From: Lama glama
Taxonomy: Eukaryota
NCBI GenBank assembly: GCA_028534125.1
Contig: CM052821.1
Span: 55,614,001 to 55,678,000, forward strand
Direction of reading: 5' to 3'
Length of the DNA stretch: 64,000 nt
Each line of letters begins with the position of its first letter. The first letter of the stretch is position 1. The position numbers were made by a program, and so were the translations under genes. The notes under the pieces are model-generated. The model made no database searches, had not been told where the DNA came from, and worked only from the letters and a program-made list of their open reading frames with translations. Below are positions 48,105 to 60,525 of the stretch, piece after piece.

Positions 48105-48875
48105 GCTCTGTTGAGAGATGATTGACATGAACCGAGATTCACCTGCGTTAGGCGTACAGGCAGGTTAGTTCTGACGCCTGTGTCTAGGACGGTAACAGCC
48201 ACTTGAGTCACAACGTGGAGCACTCCCTCACCCTGGAACGCCCCTCTTGCCCCTTGCTGCCATCTCCCGTCCCCGCCCCCTGCCCTGGCTACTGCTGGTC
48301 TGCTCTCTGCCTCAGTGCTTCGCTTTTAAGAATTTCACAGGCCTGGAATGGCAGGAATTGCAGGGACTAGGGAGGAGCTCCCTCGCCTGGGTAGCGGTGC
48401 GCGTTCACCGCCCCGTGAGCCGGCCGTCTTCTTGGGGAGCTCTGCCGCCTTGCCAGGGGGTGGGTGCTGGCCGCGTTCCATTTCCAGGCCACTACAAAAT
48501 GCGTTTGCTGAGCACCAACACCTTCACTCCTAAGTCCAGGAGAGGCCTCTGTGTCCCCCTCTGGTGAGTGCCTAGGAGGGGAGCTACTGGGTGGTGTGGT
48601 AGTGTGTGTTTATGTACCTAACTTCTAGACTCTTGTCCAAGGAGGCTGGGCCAGTTCACACCCCCAGCCGTGACTGAGGGTCCTGGTTGCTCCACATCGT
48701 TGTCGGTTTGTGGTATTGCCAGTCTTAATTTCAGCTATTTTTTGAAACAGGCGTGTGGTGGTGTTTCCCAGGGTTGTAACTTGCTTTTCCCTGCTGGCTG
48801 CTGACGGTCGGCGTCCTTTCCCATGCTGGTCTGTCATGCACAGGTCCCTTCGGTGAAGGGTCTTTCCCATTTTTT
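48105..48875 (-). mobile_element. Old L1MB/MC-like 3' region
   Basis: gctctgttgagagatgattgacatg...tgcctaggaggggagctactgggtgg...cctggttgctccacatc...gtctttcccattttt. Confidence 0.65.
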
Positions 48876-51139
48876 GCTCTTTAATTGCTTTTGAAACCTT
48901 TAGCCTGCCTGTTCCCTGGCCTCTCTTAGGCCTTCTGAGTCACACTTCTGGGGTGGAGCCTAGAAATCCCTATTTTAAGGAAGCACAGCTGGATCTAGCT
49001 GCCGATGGAGAGAGGGGTCTTGAAGTGAGCAAACGATGCGGGCCGGGTTGTTTGCACTCAGGAAACAGAAGCAGGCTGGAGCCAAGGCCTTTGCCCGGAT
49101 GTCCCCACCCCTAGGCAGCAGGTGGGCAGTACAGGCCCCAGGAGGAGCTGGGCAGGGCCAGGCGGCTCTCCTCCCGGATTTCCCTCCTCTTAGCTGTGCT
49201 GCGAAGGTGGGACTCCCTGGGTGACTCTTCTGGGGGCTGCTCCCACCTGACCTCCCTGGGGACCTCCTGAGCTGGGGCTGCCTCTCAGCCTGCGCTCTGC
49301 TCTTCCGTCCAAGGTGCGTCTGAGCAGACCTTACGTCTGTCTGGTTTTCAGCCCTGATTCTGGTGCCCCAAGCGGTGCACGGCACAGAGCAGCTGTTCCC
49401 AGGTGCTGGCTGCATGAGCAGCTGTCTGGATTCCTCCTCTTACCTGTGACCCCAAGTGTCTAGTTCTTCTGGGCCTCCAGAGGGATGTTGTGTTGTGGAG
49501 ACGCCGTTCCTAACACCCTGGCTGGTGTGGCAGCCCCTCCCCCACTCTGACTCCCACTTGGCATGTTTCACGGAGCTTACGGCCTGATGGGGTTCGTCTT
49601 CTGTCCATGAGGCCTCACTCTTCCTGTCTGTCAGCTCCTGAGATCCCGAGGGCCCTGGGCCCCTTGACTGTCCCGGCTGCCTGGAGCCGCACAGGACATC
49701 AGAGATTTTGTTGAAATTCCTAATTAATCTTTTTATCCAACACGGTTATTTGAAAGCAAAACGCGGAACTTGCTTTCCTGCTTGCTCTTTGTATCCTCGG
49801 TCCAGCTCTGAGTAAATGCCGCCTGTTGCTTGGGAAAGTCTGGACTCTGAGCGGAGGCCCTGTGGCCCCTGCGGTGGGTGTGCTGCGCTCTTTGGAAGAG
49901 CCTTGCTCAGTGCGTGGCTGGGCCTCTTCTGCTGATAAGCTCATCATCTCTGAGTCCCTTCTTCTCCATAATTATTATATTATCTGCCCTCTGGTTATCT
50001 GCTTCTTAGAGCGGTTTCACAAATTAGGGAAATAGGATGCTTTTTCCGATTAGCCATGGAGAAGTGATGTCTCATTACACTCAGACAGACACAGAGGATA
50101 ATGAAGCACGCAGGCTTTTAAACCGCGTTATCTGTGTACAGCCTTAGAACTGGTGTGATGAGTTTCCCAGGCCCTAAAGGGCGGTCATTTTCTGGGAGAC
50201 GCGTCAGCAGAGCGCAGGTGTCCTCATACTGGTCTCCCTTCCCAGCTGTGAACTCTGTGCAGACAGACCTCCCGACCAGAGCCTTTGCGTGGAGGGGCGT
50301 GGCTCCCTGGACACCCGGGCCCCGGGGGCGTCGGGGAGGGACCTGGAGGAGCAGGCGTCGGCTCTGTCCCCCAGGTTTCCGGGCTTTTGGCGTTGCACGT
50401 GCCGGCTCTTCTGCCTAGGGGACTCCTCCCCGGCCCGCCCTGCTCGGTGGCCCCCTCGAGCTGGCCAGTACCCCCCTTCCTGCCGTGGCTGGCCCGACAG
50501 CGCCTACCGGTTTCCCACGGGCCGGCCCCGTCTCTGTCCCCGCAGACTGAATTCTCGAGGGTGGCAGCCTCCGCTCGGCGTTTCCACCTCTGGTGACTGA
50601 CGGACGTTTTTCGGCCTGAACTGCGAGTCTGAACTGTCCTGCTGGGATCCTGGCCGTGGCCGGGGGCTCTGGCTCCCTCTTCTCAGACTGGGGCTCTCCC
50701 CGGGCAGAGCCTGGGGCTCCTTTCTCCCCAGGGTCCCCTGGTCCCAACAGTGGGCCCGGCATGAAGCACAGCAGGCGCCGGACCAGCGTTGGCAAGATGA
50801 GTGAACTGAAACATGCGCTGCTCCCGGGCGGGCAGCCGCTAGGTCCTCGACGTGAGAGGCGGTGTGGGCAGGTGCTGACAGCCGGGCCGCCCTGGGTGGG
50901 CTCAGCGACCCCTGAGTCTGCGTCGTCTCACTCCTCGTCTCCTCACTCGGACTCAGTTCACCCTTTTTTCCACAGAGGTGGGGACGCATTTGTGGGAGCC
51001 CGAGAGAGACATGTTCTGTAATCAGTTCGTTACACTCTTCTGGTATATATTTTGGGCATCTAACCCGTAGATCTTTCCTTTTCTCTCTTTTTGGTTTTAT
51101 GGTGAAATAGAGCAGAAAGGTGTCCATAACATGTACGTT

Positions 51140-53600
51140 CGATTTAAAGAAAAAACTAAAAATTAGCTTCCCGATACCTACTGTCAAGCTGAAGGAATAG
51201 AGCAGACGAGCTCCATTCAGGTCCCGTCCTTGCTCCACCCCAGGCAACCGTGCTCTTGAGTTTTGACTAGTCCCTTGTTTTTCTGTGGTTTTACCACGAG
51301 TTCGTGTGTGTGGTTTGCATTTTTAGCCTGTGTTTGTAGTGGAGCTGTGCTAACTGTGCTCGCTTGTCATCAGGCTTCATGTTACAGAATTGAGGCTCTA
51401 GGCTCCGCCCGCTGCTGTGTGTGGTCGTAGCTCATGTTCACGGCTGTGTGGTACTCCCTCATGTGCTCTGTGCTTTACTGATCCAGCCCACTGTCAGTAA
51501 GCACCTGTGCTTTTTCTCAGAGTGTCGCTGAGAGCATTATGAGTCCTGGTGTGCGTGGGGGGCGCCCGGGAGGGTGCCGTGGGGCTGGCGGCGAGTGCCC
51601 AGTGCTGCCCCTCACCTCCGCTTGGACCTGTGATACTGAACGTGCCCCAGACTTCCCGGGGGGGTGAAGTGCTGTCTCTGTGCAGCGAGGTCCCACTGCT
51701 CTCGCTGCTGTTGAGGTTAAGTGCTTTTCCATTGATTTCTTGGCCATTCAATGTCCTCTCGTGGGACACCTTTGCCTCTGTTGTGACTGTCTGTCCTGCT
51801 GATTTGTAGGACTTCTTAATATAATCTGGATGCAGATTCTTCTTTGGAAATACACGGATGCACGCATTTCGGTTAGTAGGTTGAGTTTTCACTCTCACTG
51901 GGGAGCAGCCGTTCTTTCTTCAGTGCGGCCAGTTCAGCGGTCTTTCCTTTGCGATTAGGCCTTTTCACGGCCTAAGATATCCTTTCCAGACTCATGATTT
52001 CAAAGAAATCTTTTGTCATAAGAGTTTTTAAAATTTTGCCTTTTACATGTAATCCATTCAGATTGACTTTGCGCAGAGTCTGATAAAGCAGCCTGGTTTC
52101 TCTAGACGTCCCCACGTGGGTCACCAGTGGGGCCCCTTGCCCCAGTCAGCCCTGTCACACAGGCTTTCATGTGTGTGGGCTCCTCCCGAGCTCCCCGCCA
52201 TGCCCCTGGCTGTCCACCTGTCCGTCCGTCTGTCCGTCTCTGGCCGCCGTCGGCCTGCCTTGGTCACGTGGGCTCGATGTCTGGTAGGACAGGCCCTGGT
52301 TCTTGCCTCTGGCTGCTCATGGCCTTCTGCTTTCAGACGTAAATTTAAAATTAACTTGTTACGTGTCATAGAAACCTCAGAAATCACGTTGAATCTGTTG
52401 AACAGTTGGAGAAAATTAACATTTTGTTTTTGCATTTCTTTAGTTCTTCTGATCTTTTAAACTGTGTTTTCTTCTTAAGTGTATTACACAACTTATAAAT
52501 TTATTCATAGATATGTTTCTAATGAAGTATGTTTAATTTTTAGTGGCATTGTCTGATTTTTTATTGACAGTATATAGAAACGCATTTGACATTTGCAGTT
52601 ATTTTTATAGCTGGTAAACTCATTAATCTGTTTCATCAAATCTCATGTTTTGTGTGTAGGAATATTTGAGTTTTTAAAGAAGTTAATCATATCACTTATG
52701 AACAGTGACGGTTCCATTTTTTAAATATATTTTTATTGGAGTATAGTCAGTTTACAGCGTGTCAATTTGTGGTGTACAGCACAGTGCTTCAGTCACATAG
52801 GAACATTCATATGTTCATTTTCATATTCTTTTTCACCGTTAAGTTACTATAAGACATTGAATATAGTTCCCTGTGCTCTGCAGTATAAACGTTGTTTATC
52901 TGTTTTACATATAGTAGTTAGTATCTGCAAGTCTCAAATTCCCGATTTATTCCTTCCCAACAGTTTCATTTTTCCTCTCTCTGTTCTGTATATGCTTCTC
53001 TTTGCCGGCCACGACTCCCACTGCAGTACTGACGTTAGTGGTGAAAGCGGGCGTCCTGATGTCATTCCCAGCCTAAAGGAAGTCTTCAGCATTGCGTCAT
53101 TGACCTCACGGTGTTTACTCTCGGCTTTATAGATAGCTTATGTTAAGGATGGCACCTCGCTCGTAGCTTTGAAACCCTAAATGGCTGTTGAGGTTTAAAA
53201 CATCCTTTCCCCCTTTTCGTCCTAGACGGCAGTGTGAGTTTGCTCCTTTATTGTACTGATGTGGTGGGTTTTTTTAGCAGACTTCCTGGGGGCGAGGCGA
53301 GCGTACGTCCCCGAGACAAACCCCACGTGGTCAGGATGGAGTCTTTTAATGCCTCGCAGGATTAAGTGTGTTAACATCTAACGTGCCGCCCTGCCAGGAG
53401 GGGGAGGCTGGCTGCTCTTTACATTGCAACATGCTCTCTGACCAGCCCCCGATGCTTCAGTTACGCCTTGATGCCCAGCCCCACCAGCTGTGTTGAATAT
53501 TTGGTCCCGTAGCGGTGGCACTGTGATGTTTTGTTTGAAGGTGGTGGTTCTTTTCTGTGCTTCGGTTTTGAGTGTGATGAAGCATCTGTGCTTTGCTAAC
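51140..53600 (-). mobile_element. Fragmented ancient L1ME-like element
   Basis: Scattered antisense L1 3' UTR and ORF2 motifs: ttggccattcaatgtcctc, cttttacatgtaatccatt, gtggtgaaagcgggcgtcct, aaaccccacgtggtcaggatg. Confidence 0.6.
52722..52959 (-). mobile_element. Camelid L1 3' end nested in the older L1, with TSD
   Basis: TSD acggttccattttt (52708-52721) / acagtttcattttt (52960-52973). The body is an AT-rich L1 3' UTR. Confidence 0.88.
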
Positions 53601-56600
53601 CTATCAAAACAACTGACTTGAGCACAAAATGTGGGACGTAAATCAGCCTGTTGGGAAGAGGTGAGGGTGGAGTGGTTCACACACCCGGCTCGGCATTGTC
53701 GCTTGCTTAAGAGGGCGCTCCCTGCTAATTGTGCTGTGAACCTGCAGTCGGTCGGTGGCTGCCTTGGTATACTCTGTGTATGTTTATGTGATAGATGGTG
53801 GCCTCTTAATCCACATTTTAGATTTGTTCTAGACTCTTACTTGTGATTCATTCATCAGGTGTTATAATTCGTATGGGGAGAATGTCCCTTGAATCATGTT
53901 GCAGACTCTCATGTTGTAAATATCCCTTCTTTCTGAGCCCACGTTGCTCCTGGATTTGGGGGGATATAAATCCCTCAGGTCTCCTCAGCAGAGCTGTATA
54001 TTTGGTTGCTCGTCTCACAGAAATTATCACCATAGTGCTTTATATGCTGTGAAGGCGTGTTGCTGATGCGTATGGTAGAATTATGGTGTTTTCAAATATC
54101 AGATTTTTTTATAAGTAATCATGAGCATGGCGACATTACAATTTCAGTAGATTTCATTTTTTAATAATGCAAAACACCTCCACTCCCCAAGTGTGCTGAG
54201 TTGCTGGCCCCCAGTCCTGCCTGGGAGGCATGTGGAGGGAGGGCGGTAAGGTTTAGAAAGTGAGGAAGACGGAGTCAGTAGAGGGCCTCTAAGCCCCTCC
54301 GGGGAGCCCTCTGTGGAAGAACACCGCCGCCGACGTCGAGTCTTAGGAGAAACCCTGCCTGGTGCTCAGGTTTCTGCAGTTGGGCGAGCGAACGGGGAAT
54401 ACCTGTCGCTTTTTCGTTTTTTTTCAGCCCTGATGGTAATCGTAGCAAGTATTTTTACTAGTGTTGTTGAGTATACATTGATCTGCAGAAGAGAGACTCT
54501 GGGAAGTGCTTACAGTTCGAACTACTTTGAATGAATTCCTCGTGTCTAATAAAGTAAAGAACGCTGGGGATGGCGACAGAACCTCAATAGCTAATAACAT
54601 CCAGTGAGTCTCCATTGCTAGAGCCGTCTCAGACTGTTCCGTATTTTCATTACACACGTCCTCACCCGGAGGGCACCCGTCCTTGCTGGTCCGTTGGCAG
54701 GTGACACCACCACTTAACCTGCCGGCACGTTCACTTCAGAGTGAGTTCACGCTCTGTGACAGAGCTTTTGCCCTCTCCGTCTGCCATGTCCTAAACTGCC
54801 CTGCCTCTGCTGTTGTCTTGTGCAAAGGAGTGCCTTGTTCTCACCTTTCCTGGGGCAGCCGTTAACAAAATACCTGGGTTTTTGACATGCAGAGTTGTGG
54901 GGACTGTGGCCCCTTCGAAGGAATGCCAGTGGCCGACCGCTGGGCATGTGATGACCATGGTGTCTGTCCCCAGCAGTGTTCTATCGGAGGGTGGGGCACC
55001 GACAGCCGAGCGTGGACCCAGCAGAGGTCCCAGCCTTAACTCCTACCCCCTTAAGTGTCACACTGCTGCACTTTGAAAACACCCGTTTGGAAAAAGCGAC
55101 CCACAGTCAGTCATTTATGATTTGAGAGCAAAAGCTCAGAATGCCTCGGTGCGTTCCTTGACAGATGAGCACGCGGTTATTTGACGCGGGCCTAGAGGTC
55201 CTGCGGTGCAGGTCCCTCTGAGCTGGGGTCCCTTTTCCCGCGTCCGGCTCACTGCTGTCTAATCTGTGGACGCTCATTGTGTGGTGGCATCAAATGACAA
55301 AGTGGCCTCAGGAGAGCCCTCTGAGATGCCATCCTGATGCTGGCTCGGTCGGGAGCGCCTTTCCGGGCCGTGCGGTGGCCTTGCTGGCATCCGAGCCGAA
55401 GGTCACGAAGGCAGGAACTCCCGGGGGGCGGGGGGGACCTGGGGCCCGCTGTCCTGTGTCACGCGATTGGGGGGAGCTTTCCAGCTTTCCACTGAGTGAC
55501 TCCGCAGTCAGCACTGCTGTCTGTGACTTCAACATGGAAGTGGAGGCGCACGCAAGTGCAGTGACTGAAGACAACAGATACAGAACAGATCAGTGAAGGA
55601 GGAAGACAAGGGAGAAGGGGCCCCGCGCCCTTGCAGCTGGGCCTGTGGGTCCTGATCGCAGGCGCTGTCCTGCCCAGCAGCGTCCCGGCCGGCCTGTGGT
55701 CGCTGCCCCTCTGTCTGCAGCCTTCACTGAGCCAGGTGGTCACACAGCCGATGAATCTGGGGCTGCGCTAGGCGTCCTACAGCCCTGCTGCCCGGGGCCT
55801 CAGAGGCCAGTGCTGCTCCCGACCCCTGCAGCCGGCGCCCCGGGGGAGGGCTCGCAGAGCGGGGACGGGGGCGGGCAGCGCTGGGCAGCGGGCAGCTCGG
55901 GGCAGCAGGCACGGGGCAGACGCCGGAGTGGGTGCTTTCGGCACGGAGGGCCCTGTGGAGGCGGGCCCGAAGCTCAGGCCCCTTGGATCGCGGCAAGGAG
56001 TTTACGTCTTGCCTCCAGGAAGCCACGGGGCACGGGAGGCGGGACCTGATGTGGTCACGCCCTGGCAGCCCCTGAGCCACTCCCTGGGGCGGCCAGTGCA
56101 GGGTGTCGGCAGGGAGACCACCCAGGAGATGGTGGCCCCCGGGCCTGCTGCAGGGGACTGGGGAGAGGGCCCGGAGCTGGCTCTTTTGGGGGCTGCTTTG
56201 GCGGGGAGAAGGCCCGAGGGAGTTACAGCTCCATCCTGGTGCGTTCGGCCTGCCCTCAGGGCGGGACGGCCCGGAGGCCTGCGTCTCTTCGGTGGCAGGG
56301 CCGGGGCTCGCACCGGCTTGCAGGTCTCTGTGGGCTCCTTGCGCGCCTCCGCCTGCCCGCCACTGAGTGCCGCCTCTGTTTCACGCTGGAGCTGCCTGTC
56401 CCTCTATTTACACGTTACTGGGATTAAAGTCTTGAAAACAACACTTCCACGTCATCAAGAGAGATCAAGTAGAGTAGACCTAGGTAATTTGAACTGACTG
56501 ATAACTTTCCTTAGCTACTAGGAGATCTGAATTCTAAACTTTCCCTCGAAGTAGTCTGACTGCTCCCTTTCCACGTGCGCTAACGTCTCAGGGCGCCTGC

Positions 56601-57587
56601 ACTGCGGCCGGGATGCGGAGGTCAGCGGTGACGGCCGACTGCTCCTTCGTGGCGGGAGCCGTGCCGGTGCCGGGCTCCAGAGGCCTGTCCCCTGGAGGGA
56701 CGGCTCGGCCACCCCGCCACGCCGCCTGCCTTGCTCCAGGACTGATTCTCCCCGCGTGCTGTCCTCAGGGCCCTCACACAGCACTCGGGGGCCCAGCCCA
56801 TTGCAGGACAGTTTGCTCCGGACTCTCCCCGGGAGAGGTTGGGCCAGGGGGAGGCTTTGCTCTGGGACTGAGGCAGGCGTTCGGGCTGGCCCAGGCCCCT
56901 GTGGCTTTCTCAGGCCTTTCGTGGCACAGCCAACTGTCCCCTCCAGTCGCGCACGCAGACCCCGGGTCGCTTGCACTTGGCGGGACCGTAGCTTCCTGGT
57001 CAGTGCTCCCAGGGTGACGCTGGCAAACTCATCTGCTCTGAAATGCTTTTCTTGGTGCCCAGGCCGCTGAGGGCAAAACTATGTCCATGCTTGTGAGCAG
57101 GTTTACAGCTGTGTGTGTGTGCACATGTGTGTGTGTGACAAACCCCGAGTGTGGGGCTAGCTCAAGGTGGGAGTGCGCCCCTGCTTAAATTACCACTTGC
57201 CAGGGTGTCGAGATCGCAAAGGGGGAAGAGGTCTCTGTGTTCTGGGCTTTGGCGTTTCCTTCATTCCGCACGCACACATGCACACACACATGTGCACACA
57301 CATGTGTGCACACACACGTGCTCCCATACACCTGCACGCCCCAAGCCCCTGCTGTGTGCCTGGCTCCCTGCTGGACCCTGGGCAGGTACCCATCAATTCA
57401 ATGCAGGTTGTGCTCACCAGGAGTTCACAGTCCCTTCTGTTTCTTCTACAAAATTATAATTTCATGGTCTTCTCTTCTTTTTGATTTATGTATGAAAACA
57501 GCTCTTTTACCTTAAAGCATAGCAGTGATGGCGCTTTATAGGCCTTGGAAGGCCCCTATTCAGTCAGGCTGTGCTGTGCTGCCCGCA

Positions 57588-57645
57588 GACTGTGTGACTT
57601 TGGGCAAATCTCTTAACTTCTCTGTGCCTCAGTTTTCTCATCTGT
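57588..57645 (+). mobile_element. MIR core
   Basis: ctgtgtgactttgggcaaatctcttaacttctctgtgcctcagttttctcatctgt is a near-consensus MIR core. Confidence 0.85.
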
Positions 57646-57655
57646 TTTAGTTTTC

Positions 57656-57781
57656 TTAAAAAATTTTTTTTGGTGGGGGAGAGAACACTAGGTTAATTAG
57701 TTTATTTAATGAAGGTGCTGGGGCTGAACCCAGGCCCACGTGTGCTGAGCACACACTCCACTGCTGGGCTGTGCCGCCCCT
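57656..57781 (-). mobile_element. Diverged Vic-1-type SINE
   Basis: ggggga...ctaggttaattagtttatttaatgaaggtgctggggctgaacccagg...ctgggctgtgccgcccc. Degenerate TSD tgttttagttttc / tgtcttagctcttc. Confidence 0.75.
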
Positions 57782-58060
57782 TGTCTTAGCTCTTCATTGC
57801 TGGGTAACAGCACCGCCACCGTCCCAGCAGCCTACGACAGTGCATGCTTATTCACAGTTGTCGCCTCAGTTGCTGTGGGTCAGGAGTCAGGGCAGATTCA
57901 TGAAGCGAGGACCAAGGTGTTGTCTGTGCCCCAGACCCACCTGCGGCCCCTGGGGGACCCCTGGGCGCACGTGGTCCTTGGCCGGGCTCAGTGGCCTGCG
58001 GGCTGCAGCGCTGGAGCCTCGGGTCTTGCTGGCTCTTGGCTGCCCTCAGTTCCCTGACTC
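57782..58060. mobile_element. MLT1-like MaLR LTR fragment
   Basis: tgtcttagctcttcattgctgggtaacag...gcttattcacagttg...ctgtgggtcaggagtcagggcag. Confidence 0.55.
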
Positions 58061-59324
58061 CTGGCCCTCGCCCTGTGCCGCTCTCGCCCGGCCGCCGGCT
58101 TCCTTGGGGCTCCTGGCAGGGTGGGTTATGATCCTACGTGACGCTGGCTTGTGGGGCGCTGCTCCTGGTGTCCCCGGGGTGATGGAGCCTCTTGCTGGGG
58201 GAGCAGGCTCCCCGCTTAGTGTTGTCCTGAGACCCCATGAGTGGTGCCCGTTGGAGAATGAGTTTGGTCTTCTGATCTTGTTTGAATACTCAGTTCTCCC
58301 TAGAAAGCTGTTGACTTGAAATGAAAAATGTGCATGAATGTGTTGCTCATACAGAGAACGTCTGTCAGGCGCCCGCTGTTACAGGTGTGCGCTGAGCTGC
58401 CGGCTGGTTGGCTCTGTGGTGCGCCTGGAACACCCACAGGGGACGGTGTGCCAGGCTGGGAACTGGGCCGCGGCCTGGATTCTAGGGCCGGTCGTGCCCT
58501 GCTCAGCTGTGGGCCCTGGGTCAAGAGGCTTCCCTGTCTGCACCCCAGGCTCCGCAGTGTAATGACTGGTGGTGATCTGGGGTATCTGGGCAATGGGTGC
58601 AGTGAGCCCTAGGGATGTGGGCAGTGTTGGGAGGGGTTGACCTCGGATACAGTTGGCTTTGTAAGGTTGGCTTGTTTGTAAATGATGTAATTCATCCTTT
58701 GCGCTTTCACTGGTGCAGCCTGCACTGTTAGCACGGGGCCCAGGACAGCGGGGAGCCCGGCTCAGCTGGAGCCGGTAGCTGGCGAGTCACGGAGGGACCT
58801 GCTGCCTAGGGAGGAGGGGTCGGGAGGGAGGGTCACAAGGCCGGCAGTAGTTGGCTCTCCTAGAAGGGCGGAGTGGGCAGCAGGTGGCCGCTCTCGCCCC
58901 ACCGAGGGCTGCTGTTTGAAGTGGAGCTGAAGGCAGGTAGTGCAGGGTGACAGGCTTTCCAGGCAGCAGGCACTGGGGGAGGTGGCGGCCCGGTGGGCTC
59001 AGTGCGGCTAGACTCTGGGGGCTGGGTGGGAGAGGACTGCGATGCAGGAGGTGCGGAGGGAGCAGAGGGTGGAAGCCGGGTGTGTGTGCCCGTGTGTGCG
59101 GATGCGGGCAGACGATGGGGCTTGTTGCCCCTGGTGGGGTACCTCTCGCTAATGAAGCTGGCGGAGAGCGGGTGGGCGAGAGAAGAGGGAGGTCACCTGA
59201 GGTGGGTGTTGTGAGCAGAAGGGAGGGGAGGCAGCGCCCACGTTTGTGGTCCGGGTAATTGCAGTGGGAGCGGATGTGACGGGAAGATGGTGACAACTCT
59301 CCAGGAATTTGAAAAACATCTCTT

Positions 59325-59915
59325 CTCACTTATGTGTGGAGCCTAAAAATAATACAAATGAATCTGGACAGAACAGAAATAGGCTCACAGACAGAAAACA
59401 CGCTCATGGCTACCTGAGGGGGAAGGCGGGCATAAGTTAGGAGTACGGGATTCAAAGACCCACACTACAGCACGTAAAATAGACACGCAACAGGGGTTTA
59501 CAGCATGGCACAGGGAACTGTACCCAGTGTCTTGTAATAACCTGTAATGGGAAACAATCTGAAAAAAAATCTATTTAGAAGACTCCACCAAGCGCAAAGC
59601 TACAGAGAGCAGATGGGTGGTCGCCAGAGGTGGGGCTTGGCGGGGTGACGTGGGGAAAGGGGCCGAAGAAAACAAGTCCCGGCTGCTACGTGCAGCTTGA
59701 TGAGTCCAGGTGGTGTGTGTTTTTGAAAGTTGCTAAGAGAATGGCTCTTACAGTTCTCAAAACAAGAAGAGCATGTTGTAACTGTGTGTGGTGATCGGTG
59801 TTAGCTAGACGCACTGTGGTGATCACTTCACAGCACAGCGTACACAAATATTGAACTGTTATGTTGTGCAGCTGAAACCGATACATTGTTACATGTCAGC
59901 TATACCTCAGTTAAG
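59325..59915 (+). mobile_element. Two adjacent L1 3' UTR pieces: artiodactyl-type at about 59325-59570, older L1MA/MB-type at about 59590-59915
   Basis: cacttatgtgtggagcctaaaaataatacaaatgaa...gcacagggaactgtacccagtgtcttgtaataacc; gaaagttgctaagagaat...atgtcagctatacctcagttaa. Confidence 0.8.
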
Positions 59916-60410
59916 AAAGGCTTCCTACCATACGAGGGAAAGTAGAGCATCCACCCACCCCTCCCTCTCTTGCATCCTTCCATCCAGCCACCCGCCCGCC
60001 CATGTACCCATCCATGCGTGCACCCCCCACCCATCCACCCTTCCCTGTGCCTGCCCGCCTGTCCCTCCCTCCATGAGGAGGTGCTCCCTGGTGGGCCGAG
60101 GGGCTGCGTGCTGCCAGACCGCGTCCGGGGCAGCCGCGTGCAGTGGTTTCCCCGGGGCTGTGAGGAGCAGAGAGCATCCTTTGCGGGAGCCAGCTCGAGT
60201 GGTAGGACTGAGTCCAGGCGTCGGTGAGATACTGCGTATTGCTTGTAAAAAAATTAAGGTAACTGGCATTCTACCAAGAAACATTAAACATACTTGTATT
60301 TTAAAATGAGAGATTGGCAAATATTGATAGCGCCTCTTTTAAGCGTGCATACCTTTTAAAAGTTTCTGACGTGCTGACTTTTCGCTTCCCCATCTGTCAT
60401 TTTCTTCCAG

Positions 60411-60525
60411 ATTTTTGAAAGGATCCTGTTTATATGGGCCATCCGTCACCCTGCCAGTGGATATGTTCAGGGCATCAACGACCTTGTCACCCCTTTCTTC
60501 GTGGTCTTCATCTGCGAATACATAG
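60411..60525 (+). CDS. TBC1D22A: TBC1D22A coding exon (115 nt, phase 0 to 1; probable exon 8): IFERILFIWAIRHPASGYVQGINDLVTPFFVVFICEYI, contains the YxQ glutamine finger
   Basis: Branch-like gctgac near 60373-60378, acceptor ttttcttccag|A and donor TAG|GTAAGA. The Gln codon is at 60468-60470. It is absent from the ORF track and was read directly from the sequence. Confidence 0.97.

Noticed and set aside
59126-59138. CTCF-like motif tgcccctggtgg
   Set aside because: One base short of the core consensus spacing, and near-matches are frequent at this GC content.
35286-60525. Assignment of the exons to TBC1D22B
   Set aside because: Diagnostic segments (RRLSWSGIPKP, NVDRRPATLQRKQKEYFAF, PRMSPEALILQPKVTE, FICEYI) match my recollection of TBC1D22A rather than 22B.
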